64,000 nt of DNA from Vicinamibacterales bacterium (GTDB lineage: Bacteria; Acidobacteriota; Vicinamibacteria; Vicinamibacterales; 2-12-FULL-66-21). The notes under the pieces were generated by a model, which was given only the letters and a program-made list of their open reading frames with translations, was not told where the DNA came from and searched no databases. Location of the stretch: contig JBMDXQ010000090.1 in the NCBI GenBank assembly GCA_048594975.1, positions 7,093-71,092 of the forward strand, given 5' to 3'. Position 1 is the first letter of the stretch, and every line of letters begins with the position of its first letter. Shown here one piece after another: positions 37,607 through 46,684 of the stretch. The position numbers were made by a program, and so were the translations under genes.

Positions 37607-38245
37607 ATGGACCTCTCGCGGGCGCTTGCCGACATCGCCGAGATCCACGAGCAGATCGCGAAGGGAGAAGTCTACCGGGGCTACCGGCCGGTGCCAATCG
37701 CGGCGTCCGGCATCCTCGGCCTCGCGGCGGCATGGCTCGAACGCCCCGGCCTCGGGCCCGGCGATCCAGTCGGCTTCGTCGCCTACTGGACGGTCGCGGC
37801 GGCGCTCGCCGGCCTGGTCGGATCGAGCGAGATCATCTACAACTACGCCGTCCACGACGATGCGGCGGCGCGGCGGCGGACACGGCGGGTCGTCGGCCAG
37901 TTCCTGCCCGGCGTGCTCGCCGCCGTCATCATCACCGCCGGGTTCGTGCGCCTGAACGCTGCGCTGGTGCCGCTCCTGCCGGGCCTGTGGGCGCTCTGCT
38001 TCGGCGTCGGCACGTTTGCCTCGCGCCCCTACCTGCCGCGCGCCAGCGCCATCGTCGCGGTCTTCTACTATCTGGCGGGCGTCGCGCTCCTGTGGAACGC
38101 GCGCGCCGAGGCGATCAACGGCTGGTGGGTAGGGGGGACGTTCGGGGCCGGCCAGCTGCTCGCGGCGGCGGTCCTGTATCTCGACGGTCGCCGCGTCGCG
38201 ACGCGTGCGGTACTCACGACTTATGACGAAGAAGAAGAAGACTGA
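37607..38245 (+). CDS. Hypothetical membrane protein
   Basis: GGAG SD; about 6 TM segments; stop overlaps next gene. Confidence 0.7.
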   Translation: MDLSRALADIAEIHEQIAKGEVYRGYRPVPIAASGILGLAAAWLERPGLGPGDPVGFVAYWTVAAALAGLVGSSEIIYNYAVHDDAAARRRTRRVVGQFLPGVLAAVIITAGFVRLNAALVPLLPGLWALCFGVGTFASRPYLPRASAIVAVFYYLAGVALLWNARAEAINGWWVGGTFGAGQLLAAAVLYLDGRRVATRAVLTTYDEEEED

Positions 38246-38624
38246 ACGGATGGATCAGCCCGGGCGGTTCGCCTACGAGGGCCTCGAGCGGGTGCTGCAC
38301 GAGAAGGCACGGCTCGGCATCATGACGTCGCTGGTGACTCGGCCCGAGGGCATCCATTTCACCGAGCTGAAGCGCCTGTGCGCGCTGACGGACGGAAACC
38401 TGAGCCGCCACCTCGACGTACTGCGCGAAGCCGGCCTCGTCGAAGTGTGGAAGGGGTTCGAGAACCGTCGTCCGCAGACGCTCTGCCGGCTCAGCGCGGA
38501 AGGCCGCCAGCGCCTCCTCGCCTATCTCGAGCAGCTCGAACAAGTGATCCGCGACGCGATGCCGCGGGTGGCCCGGCGCGCGGAGCGCGTCCCCGACGTT
38601 CCGGCCGGCTTCCAACCCGCCTGA
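38223..38624 (+). CDS. Winged-helix transcriptional regulator (ArsR/MarR-like); start 38223 or 38250
   Basis: LERVLHEKARLGIMTSL, FTELK..ALTDGNLSRHL..L.EAGLV, RPQT..LSAEGR. Confidence 0.85.
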   Translation: MTKKKKTERMDQPGRFAYEGLERVLHEKARLGIMTSLVTRPEGIHFTELKRLCALTDGNLSRHLDVLREAGLVEVWKGFENRRPQTLCRLSAEGRQRLLAYLEQLEQVIRDAMPRVARRAERVPDVPAGFQPA

Positions 38625-38634
38625 CCCGCATTCG

Positions 38635-38670
38635 TGAAGGAGTAAGGCAGGGCTACCCCTTACCCCTTCA
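38635..38670. terminator. Hairpin between convergent genes (possible bidirectional terminator or REP)
   Basis: TGAAGGAGTAAGG / CCTTACCCCTTCA 13-bp stem with one mismatch, 10-nt loop; no clear U-tract. Confidence 0.5.
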
Positions 38671-39439
38671 GGATCCGCCACCTCCCTGCCGCGTCGACCT
38701 CCGTCATCCTGTCCTCCTCCAGCTTCAGCAGATGGGCGTAGACCGTCTCCTCGGCGGCGGCGGCGATTGCGGCCGCGAGCGGGCCGTAGATCTCGGGCAC
38801 GAGCTCCGCTGTAGACGCGGGCTTCCGGCGAAGGATGGCGACGATCTGCGACTCGCGCTCGGCGCGATGCGCGAGGTAGCCCTCCAGGAGAGCCACCGGC
38901 TCGTCGATAGCGGGCCCGTGGCCGGGCAGCAGGCGGCGCGGCTCGAGATCGCGGATCCGCTTCAGCGACTCCAGGTACTGCCGCAGGCTGCCGCCGTGCC
39001 GCCCCGGGATGACGATCGTCCCGTTCGCGCGCGCCAGGTCGCCGCAGTAGACGTCGCCCGACGATTCGTCGAAAAAACAGAAGTGATCCGGCGAGTGGCC
39101 GGGCGTGTGGATGGCGATCAGGTAGCCGTCGCCCGCCGCGATGCGTTGCGGACCCTGCCCCGGCGCCGCCGCCGCATCACGCGGATCGAAGACGAAGAGC
39201 GGGCTCCAGCGCTCCTGCAGCGCGTCGAGCCCGGAAGCGTGGTCCCTGTGGCCGTGCGTGATCAGCACGCGCGCGAGGCGCACGCCGGCGAGCGACGCCG
39301 CGATCGCCTCGATGTGCGCCGCGTCGCCCACGCCAGCGTCCACGAGCGACGGCACCGCGCCGGTGAGCAGGTAGGTATTGGTCCCCGTCGGGCCCGTCCA
39401 GGACGACGCGTTTCCCGCGGGGATCGTAATCGGCTGCAT
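38660..39439 (-). CDS. MBL-fold metallo-hydrolase (LACTB2-like)
   Basis: GTNTYL, THGHRDH, HTPGHSPDH, GD, PGHG. Confidence 0.9.
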   Translation of the reverse strand: MQPITIPAGNASSWTGPTGTNTYLLTGAVPSLVDAGVGDAAHIEAIAASLAGVRLARVLITHGHRDHASGLDALQERWSPLFVFDPRDAAAAPGQGPQRIAAGDGYLIAIHTPGHSPDHFCFFDESSGDVYCGDLARANGTIVIPGRHGGSLRQYLESLKRIRDLEPRRLLPGHGPAIDEPVALLEGYLAHRAERESQIVAILRRKPASTAELVPEIYGPLAAAIAAAAEETVYAHLLKLEEDRMTEVDAAGRWRILKG

Positions 39440-40644
39440 CAGAAGTACACCTTGAGTCGAGCATAGAGGAAATCGCGGTCGGCGAATCGGCCGACGAGGT
39501 CGCGGCCGGCGCCCGCGAACCACCCTGCCGATCCCTCCAGCGCGAAGTCGTCGGTGAGCTTCGCGGTGACGATCCCGCGGAGGAACCCCGATCCCTCGGT
39601 CGCGCCGTACACGCCGAACACCCGCAGGCTGTATTTCTCGCGTGCGAACGCGCGGTCGGCGGCAAGGACGAGCGACAGGTCCGTGCGCGACGGCTCGCGG
39701 TGCACGAGCGCCGACCCGCTGATGCGGTAATCGCCGGCCTTGCGGTCGATGCCCAGCCCTGCGTCGTACGACTTGCCGCTCGTGTAGGACGCCGGTCCCT
39801 GGAAGCTGTCGCGCAGGAACGCGGCCGCCTCTCCGCGGATGCCCCACTGCCCGCGCACCGTCTCGAAGTCGGCGCCGACCATCGTGAAGCGCGGGTATTC
39901 CCGCACGACTCCGGACGGCGTCGCGGCGAACAGGCCGAAGGGCTCGATACCGCGAAAGGCGGAGACGCTCCAGTCCGCGCGGCCGACCGTGGCGCTGAAG
40001 CGCGCGCCGCCCTGCGCGTTGCGGAGCGCGGCGGCGGGCTCGCGGTCGTCGAACGGCAGCTCGCCCGGATCCGCCACGAGGTTGAAGGGCGAGGTCGGCT
40101 CGTCCAGCCGATCGAACCGGCCGCGCCTGAACAGCGGCACGTAGATAGCCTCGAGTGCCACGTCGTCGGCGAGGAACAGCCGTCCGCGGACGAGCGCCAC
40201 CGGCAGCCGCGCCTCCGAGCGGCCCTCGAGGAAGAACCTGGAGACGTCGAGCGGATTGATCACATCGGTGGGCTGGAGCTCGTCGAGGCGGCCCCACGCG
40301 ATCCGGGCGAAGCCGGCGAGGAGGTCGACGCGCCCGAGCCTCGCCTCGGCGCTGGCGTCCTGCACTTCGGCAATGGCGTCCTTCGCGAAAGCGGGCGGCC
40401 TCCTCTGCCGGAGAGGAGGCAGCCCCCTTCTGGCCAGGAGGCCCTCGGCGAATCCCGACAGGGTCAGGGTCAGGCGATCGGTCGGCGCAATCCTGTGCTC
40501 GGCGAACGCCCGAGCGCGGAGCTCGACCGTGTCGCCGCGGTTCGGAAGATAGTCGACCAGCGCAGACACGTACCCGGTAGGGCGCGTCTGGGCGGCGGCG
40601 TTCGAGGCGAGGAGGAGCAACAGGAGTGCGGCGGCGATGCGCAT
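39439..40644 (-). CDS. Putative outer-membrane beta-barrel (DUF1302-like)
   Basis: Signal peptide; WGRLDELQPTDVINP; alternating beta strands; C-terminal F (KVYF). Confidence 0.65.
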   Translation of the reverse strand: MRIAAALLLLLLASNAAAQTRPTGYVSALVDYLPNRGDTVELRARAFAEHRIAPTDRLTLTLSGFAEGLLARRGLPPLRQRRPPAFAKDAIAEVQDASAEARLGRVDLLAGFARIAWGRLDELQPTDVINPLDVSRFFLEGRSEARLPVALVRGRLFLADDVALEAIYVPLFRRGRFDRLDEPTSPFNLVADPGELPFDDREPAAALRNAQGGARFSATVGRADWSVSAFRGIEPFGLFAATPSGVVREYPRFTMVGADFETVRGQWGIRGEAAAFLRDSFQGPASYTSGKSYDAGLGIDRKAGDYRISGSALVHREPSRTDLSLVLAADRAFAREKYSLRVFGVYGATEGSGFLRGIVTAKLTDDFALEGSAGWFAGAGRDLVGRFADRDFLYARLKVYF

Positions 40645-40666
40645 GCGGACCGAAGGGTGCCTGGGG

Positions 40667-40755
40667 CAGCCCTGAAGGGCGGCACTTCGCATGAGGGTAC
40701 AGCCCTCAAGGGCTGGACTGCGACCCGGGTGCGTGCGGCCCGCCCTCACGCACCC
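40667..40755. repeat. REP-like cluster (CAGCCC-N4-GGGCTG twice plus 9-bp hairpin)
   Basis: CAGCCC-TGAA-GGGCGG at 40667, CAGCCC-TCAA-GGGCTG at 40700, GGGTGCGTG/CACGCACCC at 40727-40755. Confidence 0.65.
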
Positions 40756-43060
40756 CGACCAGGTCACGGCTTGCCACCCCCGATACCCCCGCGCCGTACA
40801 CCCGCGGCAGCGTCCTGATAATCGCCGGCAGAATGAACACCTCCGCGAGGAACGCCACGCTCATCGTCAGCGCCAGCAGCCCGCCGAACCACGCGCTCGG
40901 ACGGTACTCGGACATCAGCAGCACGGCGAATCCAACAGTGTTGATGAGCGCCGTCGTCAGCGACGCCCGGCCTTCGTGTACGGTCGCGGTTTCGATGGCG
41001 GCGTCGGTCGTCGCGCCGGCCGCCACTTCTCGGCGATAACGATTGATGAAGTGAATCGTGTCGTCGTCGACGACCCCGAGCGCGATGCTCGCGACCATCA
41101 CGGTGGCGACGTTCAGCGAGATGTCGAGGTGACCCATCAGGCCCAGCACGGCGAGCACGGGCAGCAGGTTGGGCGCAATGGTCAGCAGCCCGAAGCGGAA
41201 CGAGCGGAAGACGATGAAGATCACCCCGAACACGGTCACGAACGCCATCCCGAAGCTGCTCAATTGCGATATCACCAGGTAGTGGTCGAGCGTGCTGAAC
41301 AGTTTTCCCGAGCCGGTGGTCATGGTGCGGATACCGGTTCCCGCGAAGGCGTCCCTCGCGATCTCCTCGGTCTTCTGGACGACCGCGAGCACCACGTCGG
41401 AGCTCATCGAGCGGAGCTTGATGGAGATCTGCGCCCGCGAGAAGTCGCTGGCGGCGATCCGCTCGAGCTCGTGGCGGCCTTCGCCGCCGAGCGTGAACGC
41501 GAACAGCTCCTGGGCGATGGTCGCGGCGTCTCCCGGCACGACGTCAGCCTCATCGCGCCCGTCGTTCAGCTCCTTGTTGATCCGGCGGACGTAGTCCGCG
41601 AGCGACGTGACCTTCTTCACCTCGGGCAGGTTGCGGAGATCGTTCGCGAGCCGATCCATCCGCCGCAGCGCCTCCGGTGTCTTCAGCGCGTCCGGCTCCC
41701 CTTCCAGCATGACCTGGAAGCTGTAGACCCCCGAGAGCTCCGAGTCGATCACCCTGGCCGATTCGCCCAGCGGGTGGGTCTCGCTGAAGAAGTGGATGTG
41801 GTTGGTGTCCACGCGGAGGCGCAGCATGCCGGCAATCGCCACCGCCGCAACCACCAGCGCCAGCGCGAGGACGCGGCCCGGGAATCGCGACGAGAGGCGT
41901 GCGATCGCCAGCATGGACGGCAGGAGATAACGCTCGTGCGGCGCCGTCGCGGTCTCCGGCTTCGCCAACTGCAGCAGCGTCGGCACCAGGATCACCGAGA
42001 GCGCGAAGTCCACCATGATGCCGACCGCCGCTCCGATGCCGAACGTGCGCACGGCGACCACGTCGCTGGTGGCGAGCGACAGCATCCCGAGGGCGGTGGT
42101 CAGGCTGGCGCCGAAGAGCGGCGTGAGCAGGTGCGCGACGGTTCGCTTGAACGCCGCCTCGCTGTCGCCAACCCGGCGCTCCTCCTCCCAGTGCTGCATG
42201 ATGTGCACGTCGTCGGCGATCGCCAGCACCACGATGAGCGGCGCGATCATGCTGGAGAGCACGTTGTAGGTGAACCCCATCAGGGTGTACAGACCCAGGG
42301 TCCACAACACGCTTGCCGCGATCGCGATGCAGGCGACCAGCGTCCGCCGCCACGAGCGGAAGGCCGCGTAGATTGCGGCCACCGTGAACAGCAGGATCGG
42401 CGGCATGAACTTGCGCTGGTTGTCGAGCGTGACGCGGTTGTAGGTCTCGCTGATTTCCAGGCTGCCGTTGTAGTAGGCGCGGACACCGGCGGGCAGCTGC
42501 GGCTCGACCACCTCGTGGATCCGCCGGATGACACCGGCGCGGACGTCGTCGATGCGGTCCTCGTCGAAGGTCACGACGATCGCGGTGACGGTCGCGTCCT
42601 CAGACACCAGGTCGCCGCGCAGCAGGTCGTCTCGCAGCGCCCGCCGCCGCACGTCGGCCGGTGGCTGCGTGTCGGCGTTCTCCAGGAGGGGCCGGACGTC
42701 GAGGGCGTCGGGGACCGCTTCGACGATGGTTGCGGTCGAGAGACTGGACACGCGGTGCACGGTGTCGACCCGCTCGATGTCGCCGGAGATGCGCTCGATG
42801 GCGCGTAGCGTCTCGCGCGAGAAGAGCAGGTCGGCGCGATCGGCCTGCAGCGCGACGATGAGCGAGCGCGTGCCGCCGAATTCGCGGCGGAAGCGCTCGT
42901 AGTCCTGGTAGACCGGATCCGCGGTCGAGAACCAGGCGGTGATGTCGTTGTCGATGCGGGTGAAGTCGGCGCGCGGCGCCAGCGCGATCGCGCCGAGCAG
43001 GATGAACGCCGACAGCGGCCGGCGCCAGCGGTAGATGACGCCCGCGACGATGCGGCTCAT
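40706..43060 (-). CDS. MMPL/RND family transporter
   Basis: Two-repeat topology; LAIADDVHI and LGVVDDDTIHF TM motifs; FGASLTTALG. Confidence 0.9.
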   Translation of the reverse strand: MSRIVAGVIYRWRRPLSAFILLGAIALAPRADFTRIDNDITAWFSTADPVYQDYERFRREFGGTRSLIVALQADRADLLFSRETLRAIERISGDIERVDTVHRVSSLSTATIVEAVPDALDVRPLLENADTQPPADVRRRALRDDLLRGDLVSEDATVTAIVVTFDEDRIDDVRAGVIRRIHEVVEPQLPAGVRAYYNGSLEISETYNRVTLDNQRKFMPPILLFTVAAIYAAFRSWRRTLVACIAIAASVLWTLGLYTLMGFTYNVLSSMIAPLIVVLAIADDVHIMQHWEEERRVGDSEAAFKRTVAHLLTPLFGASLTTALGMLSLATSDVVAVRTFGIGAAVGIMVDFALSVILVPTLLQLAKPETATAPHERYLLPSMLAIARLSSRFPGRVLALALVVAAVAIAGMLRLRVDTNHIHFFSETHPLGESARVIDSELSGVYSFQVMLEGEPDALKTPEALRRMDRLANDLRNLPEVKKVTSLADYVRRINKELNDGRDEADVVPGDAATIAQELFAFTLGGEGRHELERIAASDFSRAQISIKLRSMSSDVVLAVVQKTEEIARDAFAGTGIRTMTTGSGKLFSTLDHYLVISQLSSFGMAFVTVFGVIFIVFRSFRFGLLTIAPNLLPVLAVLGLMGHLDISLNVATVMVASIALGVVDDDTIHFINRYRREVAAGATTDAAIETATVHEGRASLTTALINTVGFAVLLMSEYRPSAWFGGLLALTMSVAFLAEVFILPAIIRTLPRVYGAGVSGVASRDLVGVREGGPHAPGSQSSP

Positions 43061-43959
43061 CTATCGGCCGGGACTCCACGCTCGAGCTCGCGGCGGCTGA
43101 AGTCAGACGCCTTCAGCCCGACGTTGTAGTCGATGCGCTCGACCACGAGCTCGGTCCGCGTCTTCTCCTGCGCGTCCACCATCTCGGCAGCCATCGCCGT
43201 CCAGATCCCTTCCACCGGCTCGAGCCGCCGCACGGCGTAGGTCTTCTGCTTCTCGTCCCTGCGGTTGTGGATCTCCGCGTGTGCGACGACGAAGAGGTCC
43301 TTCAGCACGATCGAGACGACGCGCGGGAACTTCGCGGCGGCGTCCTTACGGCGCGACTCCAGCCGCCAGGCAGGGCGCGCCAGGCCGGAGCCGGTCGACC
43401 ACGACGCGTTCTCGTCCAGGATCGAGTAGGTGTACTCGTCGAGCTCGCGCCCGCCGATGTCCTCGTAGGTGAAGTCGGTGCCGACGAAGCTTTCCTGCGT
43501 CTCCGCTCCGGCGATGCGGCGGACGCGGGCCAGCGCGGGCAGGTAGAGGAAGCGCTCGTCGTCGGCGTCGGGGCGCTCCCACACGAGGAAGCTGGTGCCG
43601 CGGATGTCGTTCGGGTAGGTGAAGCGGATCAGCAGGCGATCACCGGCTGGCGCGTCCTTGCCGCCGCCGGCGCTGCGGCCGCGCAGGGCAATCATCGTCA
43701 GCGCGCGCTCGCGCGCGCGGCCGTGCGGATCGAACAGTCTCATCCGCAGCGTGGTCCGGCTGTCCAGGCCAGTGTGGCGGTCATGAACGCGGCGCGCTAT
43801 CTCATCCGCCGTCAGACGCTGCCCGCCGTCAGGTGTGATCGTCTCAATTCCCGACGCGCCAACGGCCAACAGCCAGACGCCGAAGACGGCAACCCCCACC
43901 AGGCAAAGACCGAGGGTCAAGGCGCGCCCGCTCAAGAGGGGTTCTTTGGAGATCGCCAT
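43057..43959 (-). CDS. Outer-membrane lipoprotein-sorting (LolA-like) protein; start uncertain
   Basis: RFTYPNDIRGTSFL, FLYLPALARVRRIA, SFVGTDFTYEDI, YNVGL...FSRREL. Confidence 0.85.
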   Translation of the reverse strand: MAISKEPLLSGRALTLGLCLVGVAVFGVWLLAVGASGIETITPDGGQRLTADEIARRVHDRHTGLDSRTTLRMRLFDPHGRARERALTMIALRGRSAGGGKDAPAGDRLLIRFTYPNDIRGTSFLVWERPDADDERFLYLPALARVRRIAGAETQESFVGTDFTYEDIGGRELDEYTYSILDENASWSTGSGLARPAWRLESRRKDAAAKFPRVVSIVLKDLFVVAHAEIHNRRDEKQKTYAVRRLEPVEGIWTAMAAEMVDAQEKTRTELVVERIDYNVGLKASDFSRRELERGVPADR

Positions 43960-44097
43960 TTGCACATTGGGGGCTGGAAAGTTCGGCCGTCGGCCTTTGG
44001 GAGTTGGGAATCGACCACGCCCTGGCGCCGCCATTGGCGCCATCGATTATCTGAATGCCCCTGTGAGTAAAGCAAGCCGCCGGGTTACCATCGCTGT

Positions 44098-44313
44098 ATG
44101 GTGCTCATCTTCGGCAAGGACACGTGACCCTATACGATGGCAGCGCGTGAGGATCACGCCAGGCGCAGGGTCGAGTTCGAGTACATCAACGTCAAGAAGG
44201 ACCGCGCGCAGCTCGAGCGCATGATGCGCCTCACCGGGGGCCGCCGCGACGTGCCGGTCATCGTCGACGGCGACAAGGTGACGATCGGCTTCGGCGGCAC
44301 CTGAGGCGTGTAG
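44098..44313 (+). CDS. Glutaredoxin-like selenoprotein with two Sec codons (UXX-star type), 71 aa
   Basis: MVLIFGKDT-U-PYT...RDVPVIVDGDKVTIGFGGT-U-GV*; TGA at 44125 in the Grx CPY(T/C) position and at 44302; Grx VP and GG motifs lie beyond the first TGA. Confidence 0.88.
44145..44159 (+). promoter_or_regulatory. SECIS-like hairpin 1 (in coding region)
   Basis: GCGTGA-GGA-TCACGC; G-first loop begins 23 nt after UGA. Confidence 0.65.
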
Positions 44314-44336
44314 CGGCCGCCGGCGGCGGCCAACGC
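44306..44336 (+). promoter_or_regulatory. SECIS-like hairpin 2 (spans stop and 3' flank)
   Basis: GGCCGCC-GGC-GGCGGCC with lower GCGT/ACGC stem; loop begins 17 nt after UGA. Confidence 0.6.
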
Positions 44337-44389
44337 GCCCGTCACGTGCCGCGGCGTGCGGGAACCCGGCGACAGGCGCGTGCCGGGTG

Positions 44390-44791
44390 TTACCGCGGCC
44401 CCGAGAGCAGGGCCCGCACGTCGTCGGGGACCGGCACCGGCCTGCCGGCCGCGTAGTCGTACGCGACCAGTATGGTCTTCGCGGTGGCGACCATGTTGCC
44501 GTCCTGGTCGACGATCTCGTACTCGTAGGTGAAGCTCGTCCGGCCGATGGCGGCTACGCCGATGCGGATTTCGAGCAGGTCGCCATACCGGGCAGGCCGC
44601 CGGAAATCGATCTCGGCGCGCGCGAGGATGACGCCGGGCACGTCCTCCCCCGACGCGAAGCGCCTGACCGAGCGCCAGTGCGCGAACCGCGCCTGCTCGA
44701 GATAGGTGAGATACACCGCGTTGTTCACGTGCCCCATCGGGTCGCAGTCGCGGAACCGGACTTCCAGGCGGTGAGAGAAGATCGAATCCAT
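44390..44791 (-). CDS. Acyl-CoA thioesterase (4HBT/YbgC-like hot-dog fold)
   Basis: VRFRDCDPMGHVNNAVYLTYLEQAR, IGRTSFTYEY. Confidence 0.9.
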   Translation of the reverse strand: MDSIFSHRLEVRFRDCDPMGHVNNAVYLTYLEQARFAHWRSVRRFASGEDVPGVILARAEIDFRRPARYGDLLEIRIGVAAIGRTSFTYEYEIVDQDGNMVATAKTILVAYDYAAGRPVPVPDDVRALLSGPR

Positions 44792-44881
44792 AGATGATCC
44801 GTGTGACACGGCGCGGTCGGGCACGGGCCAAGGCGCCGAACGCCGAGCGCCGAGCGCGGAAAAGAAGCATACAATCCCGCC

Positions 44882-46546
44882 GTGCCCTCCACCCTCGCTT
44901 CGGCCGAACCCTTCACCGAGGACGAACGCGCGCGGCTCGCGCCTTATTTCACCAACCTCGACGGCCACGTTTTCGCGCTGACGAATCTCCCGGAGACGGT
45001 CAAGGGGGCACTCTTCGCGCGGTACTCGCGCTCCCCGAAGTCGCTTCGGCGGCTGTTTCTCGACGAGTTCGCGGACAAGGTCGGCGCGGAGCCTTCGGTC
45101 GTGCAGGACGCCGGTGACGACAACCGACGGCCGGCTGCGAACGTCGCAACGACCCTGGCCGCGACCGAGCGCGCCGAACGGCTGTACGCGCGGGTGTTCA
45201 ACGACTACGGCGACGACTCGGTCGCGCAGCTGGGTGGCGCGCACATCGCCTGCGAGTACGTGTCGAACGTCCTCACGAAGGTGCTCGAGTGGGGCCGGCT
45301 GATGGCGTATCTCGAGCAGTCGACACGCTACGTGCCGTACACGGACAAGCTGCACGGGCGGTGGAGGTATCACGTCCCCGCCGAGATTGGCGAGGGCGCG
45401 CTGCGGGAGCAGTACGTCGGCACGATGGACGCGGTGTTCGAGACCTACGCGAAGTGGATCCCCGTCATGCAGGGGTACTTCGAGGCGCGATACCCGAAAG
45501 GACCGGCGGACTCCGAGGTGGTGCACCGCGCCGCGATCCGCGCCAAGGCTCTCGACACTCTGCGCGGGCTGCTCCCGGCCGCCACCCAGTCGAACGTGGG
45601 CATCTACGGGACCGGTCAGGCGTTCGAAGCGCTGCTCCTCCGGATGCGCGCCAGCCCCCTCGCCGAGGCGCAGCAGTGCGCCGCCGCGATGCTCACCGAG
45701 CTGCGCAAAGTGATCCCGGCGTTCCTGACGCGTGTCGATCAGCCGGACCGCGGCGAACGCTGGCGCGCCTACCTCGCGGAGACGCGGCAGGCGACGACGA
45801 CCGCGGCCGAGCGCGCGCTCGCCGGGCGCGAGCCCGAGCCGCGCGACGAGGTCACGCTGACCGACTTCGACCCCGACGGTGAAACCAAGATCGTCGCCGC
45901 CGCGCTGTACGGCGCCTCGGACTTTCCCGACGACCAGCTGCTGGCCATCGCGCGGCGGATGACCGCCGCGGAGCGCGCCGCGGTCCTGCGGGCCTACGTC
46001 GGCTCCCGCGCCAACCGCCGCCATCGGCCGGGACGTGCGTTCGAGCGGACCGCCTACCGGTTCGACATCCTGACCGACTACGGCGCATTCCGCGATCTGC
46101 AACGCCATCGGCTGCTGACGCTCGAGTGGCAGCCGCTCACGACGCGCCACGGCTACACGCAGCCGGAGGCCATCCGCGCGGCAGGCGGCAGCGCCGACTG
46201 GGAGCGGGTGATGGACGCCTCGGCCGACCTGCACGACGCCATCCTGGCGGCAGGCCGGCGCGAGGCGGCGCCGTACGCTGTCGCCATGGCCTACCGCGTC
46301 CGCTTCTACATCGAGATGAACGCGCGCGAAGCGATGCACCTCATCGAGCTGCGCACCGCGCCCCAGGGCCACCCGGCTTACCGCCGCGTCTGTCAGCAGA
46401 TGCACCGCCTTATTGCCGACCGCGCCGGCCACCAGGCCGTGGCGGCGGCAATGCAGTTCGTCGATCACTCGGAGGTGGAACTCGAGCGGCTGAACGCGGA
46501 ACGGAGGCTCGAGAAGAAGCGGCGGGAGGTGGAAGAGAGAGGGTAA
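44882..46546 (+). CDS. thyX: FAD-dependent thymidylate synthase, tandem-domain form
   Basis: LFARYSRS, YGDDSVAQL, EQSTRY, LDTLRGLLP, DLQRHR, ELRTAPQGH..YR. Confidence 0.85.
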   Translation: MPSTLASAEPFTEDERARLAPYFTNLDGHVFALTNLPETVKGALFARYSRSPKSLRRLFLDEFADKVGAEPSVVQDAGDDNRRPAANVATTLAATERAERLYARVFNDYGDDSVAQLGGAHIACEYVSNVLTKVLEWGRLMAYLEQSTRYVPYTDKLHGRWRYHVPAEIGEGALREQYVGTMDAVFETYAKWIPVMQGYFEARYPKGPADSEVVHRAAIRAKALDTLRGLLPAATQSNVGIYGTGQAFEALLLRMRASPLAEAQQCAAAMLTELRKVIPAFLTRVDQPDRGERWRAYLAETRQATTTAAERALAGREPEPRDEVTLTDFDPDGETKIVAAALYGASDFPDDQLLAIARRMTAAERAAVLRAYVGSRANRRHRPGRAFERTAYRFDILTDYGAFRDLQRHRLLTLEWQPLTTRHGYTQPEAIRAAGGSADWERVMDASADLHDAILAAGRREAAPYAVAMAYRVRFYIEMNAREAMHLIELRTAPQGHPAYRRVCQQMHRLIADRAGHQAVAAAMQFVDHSEVELERLNAERRLEKKRREVEERG

Positions 46547-46680
46547 GTGGTAAATGGTACGTGGGAGACGCGTGGCTTGTGGAAACTTGGCGAAGCCGAG
46601 ACGACGTCGCCTTACACGCTGCCGTTTGGCGCTTCCGTTGCCCCAGCGTCGGTCCTTATCACGTACCACGCACCACTTAC
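46543..46680. mobile_element. MITE-like 138-bp element with 21-bp imperfect terminal inverted repeats
   Basis: GTAAGTGGTAAATGGTACGTG versus revcomp of right end GTAAGTGGTGCGTGGTACGTG (18/21); between convergent thyX and def; no transposase. Confidence 0.5.
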
Positions 46681-46684
46681 CACT

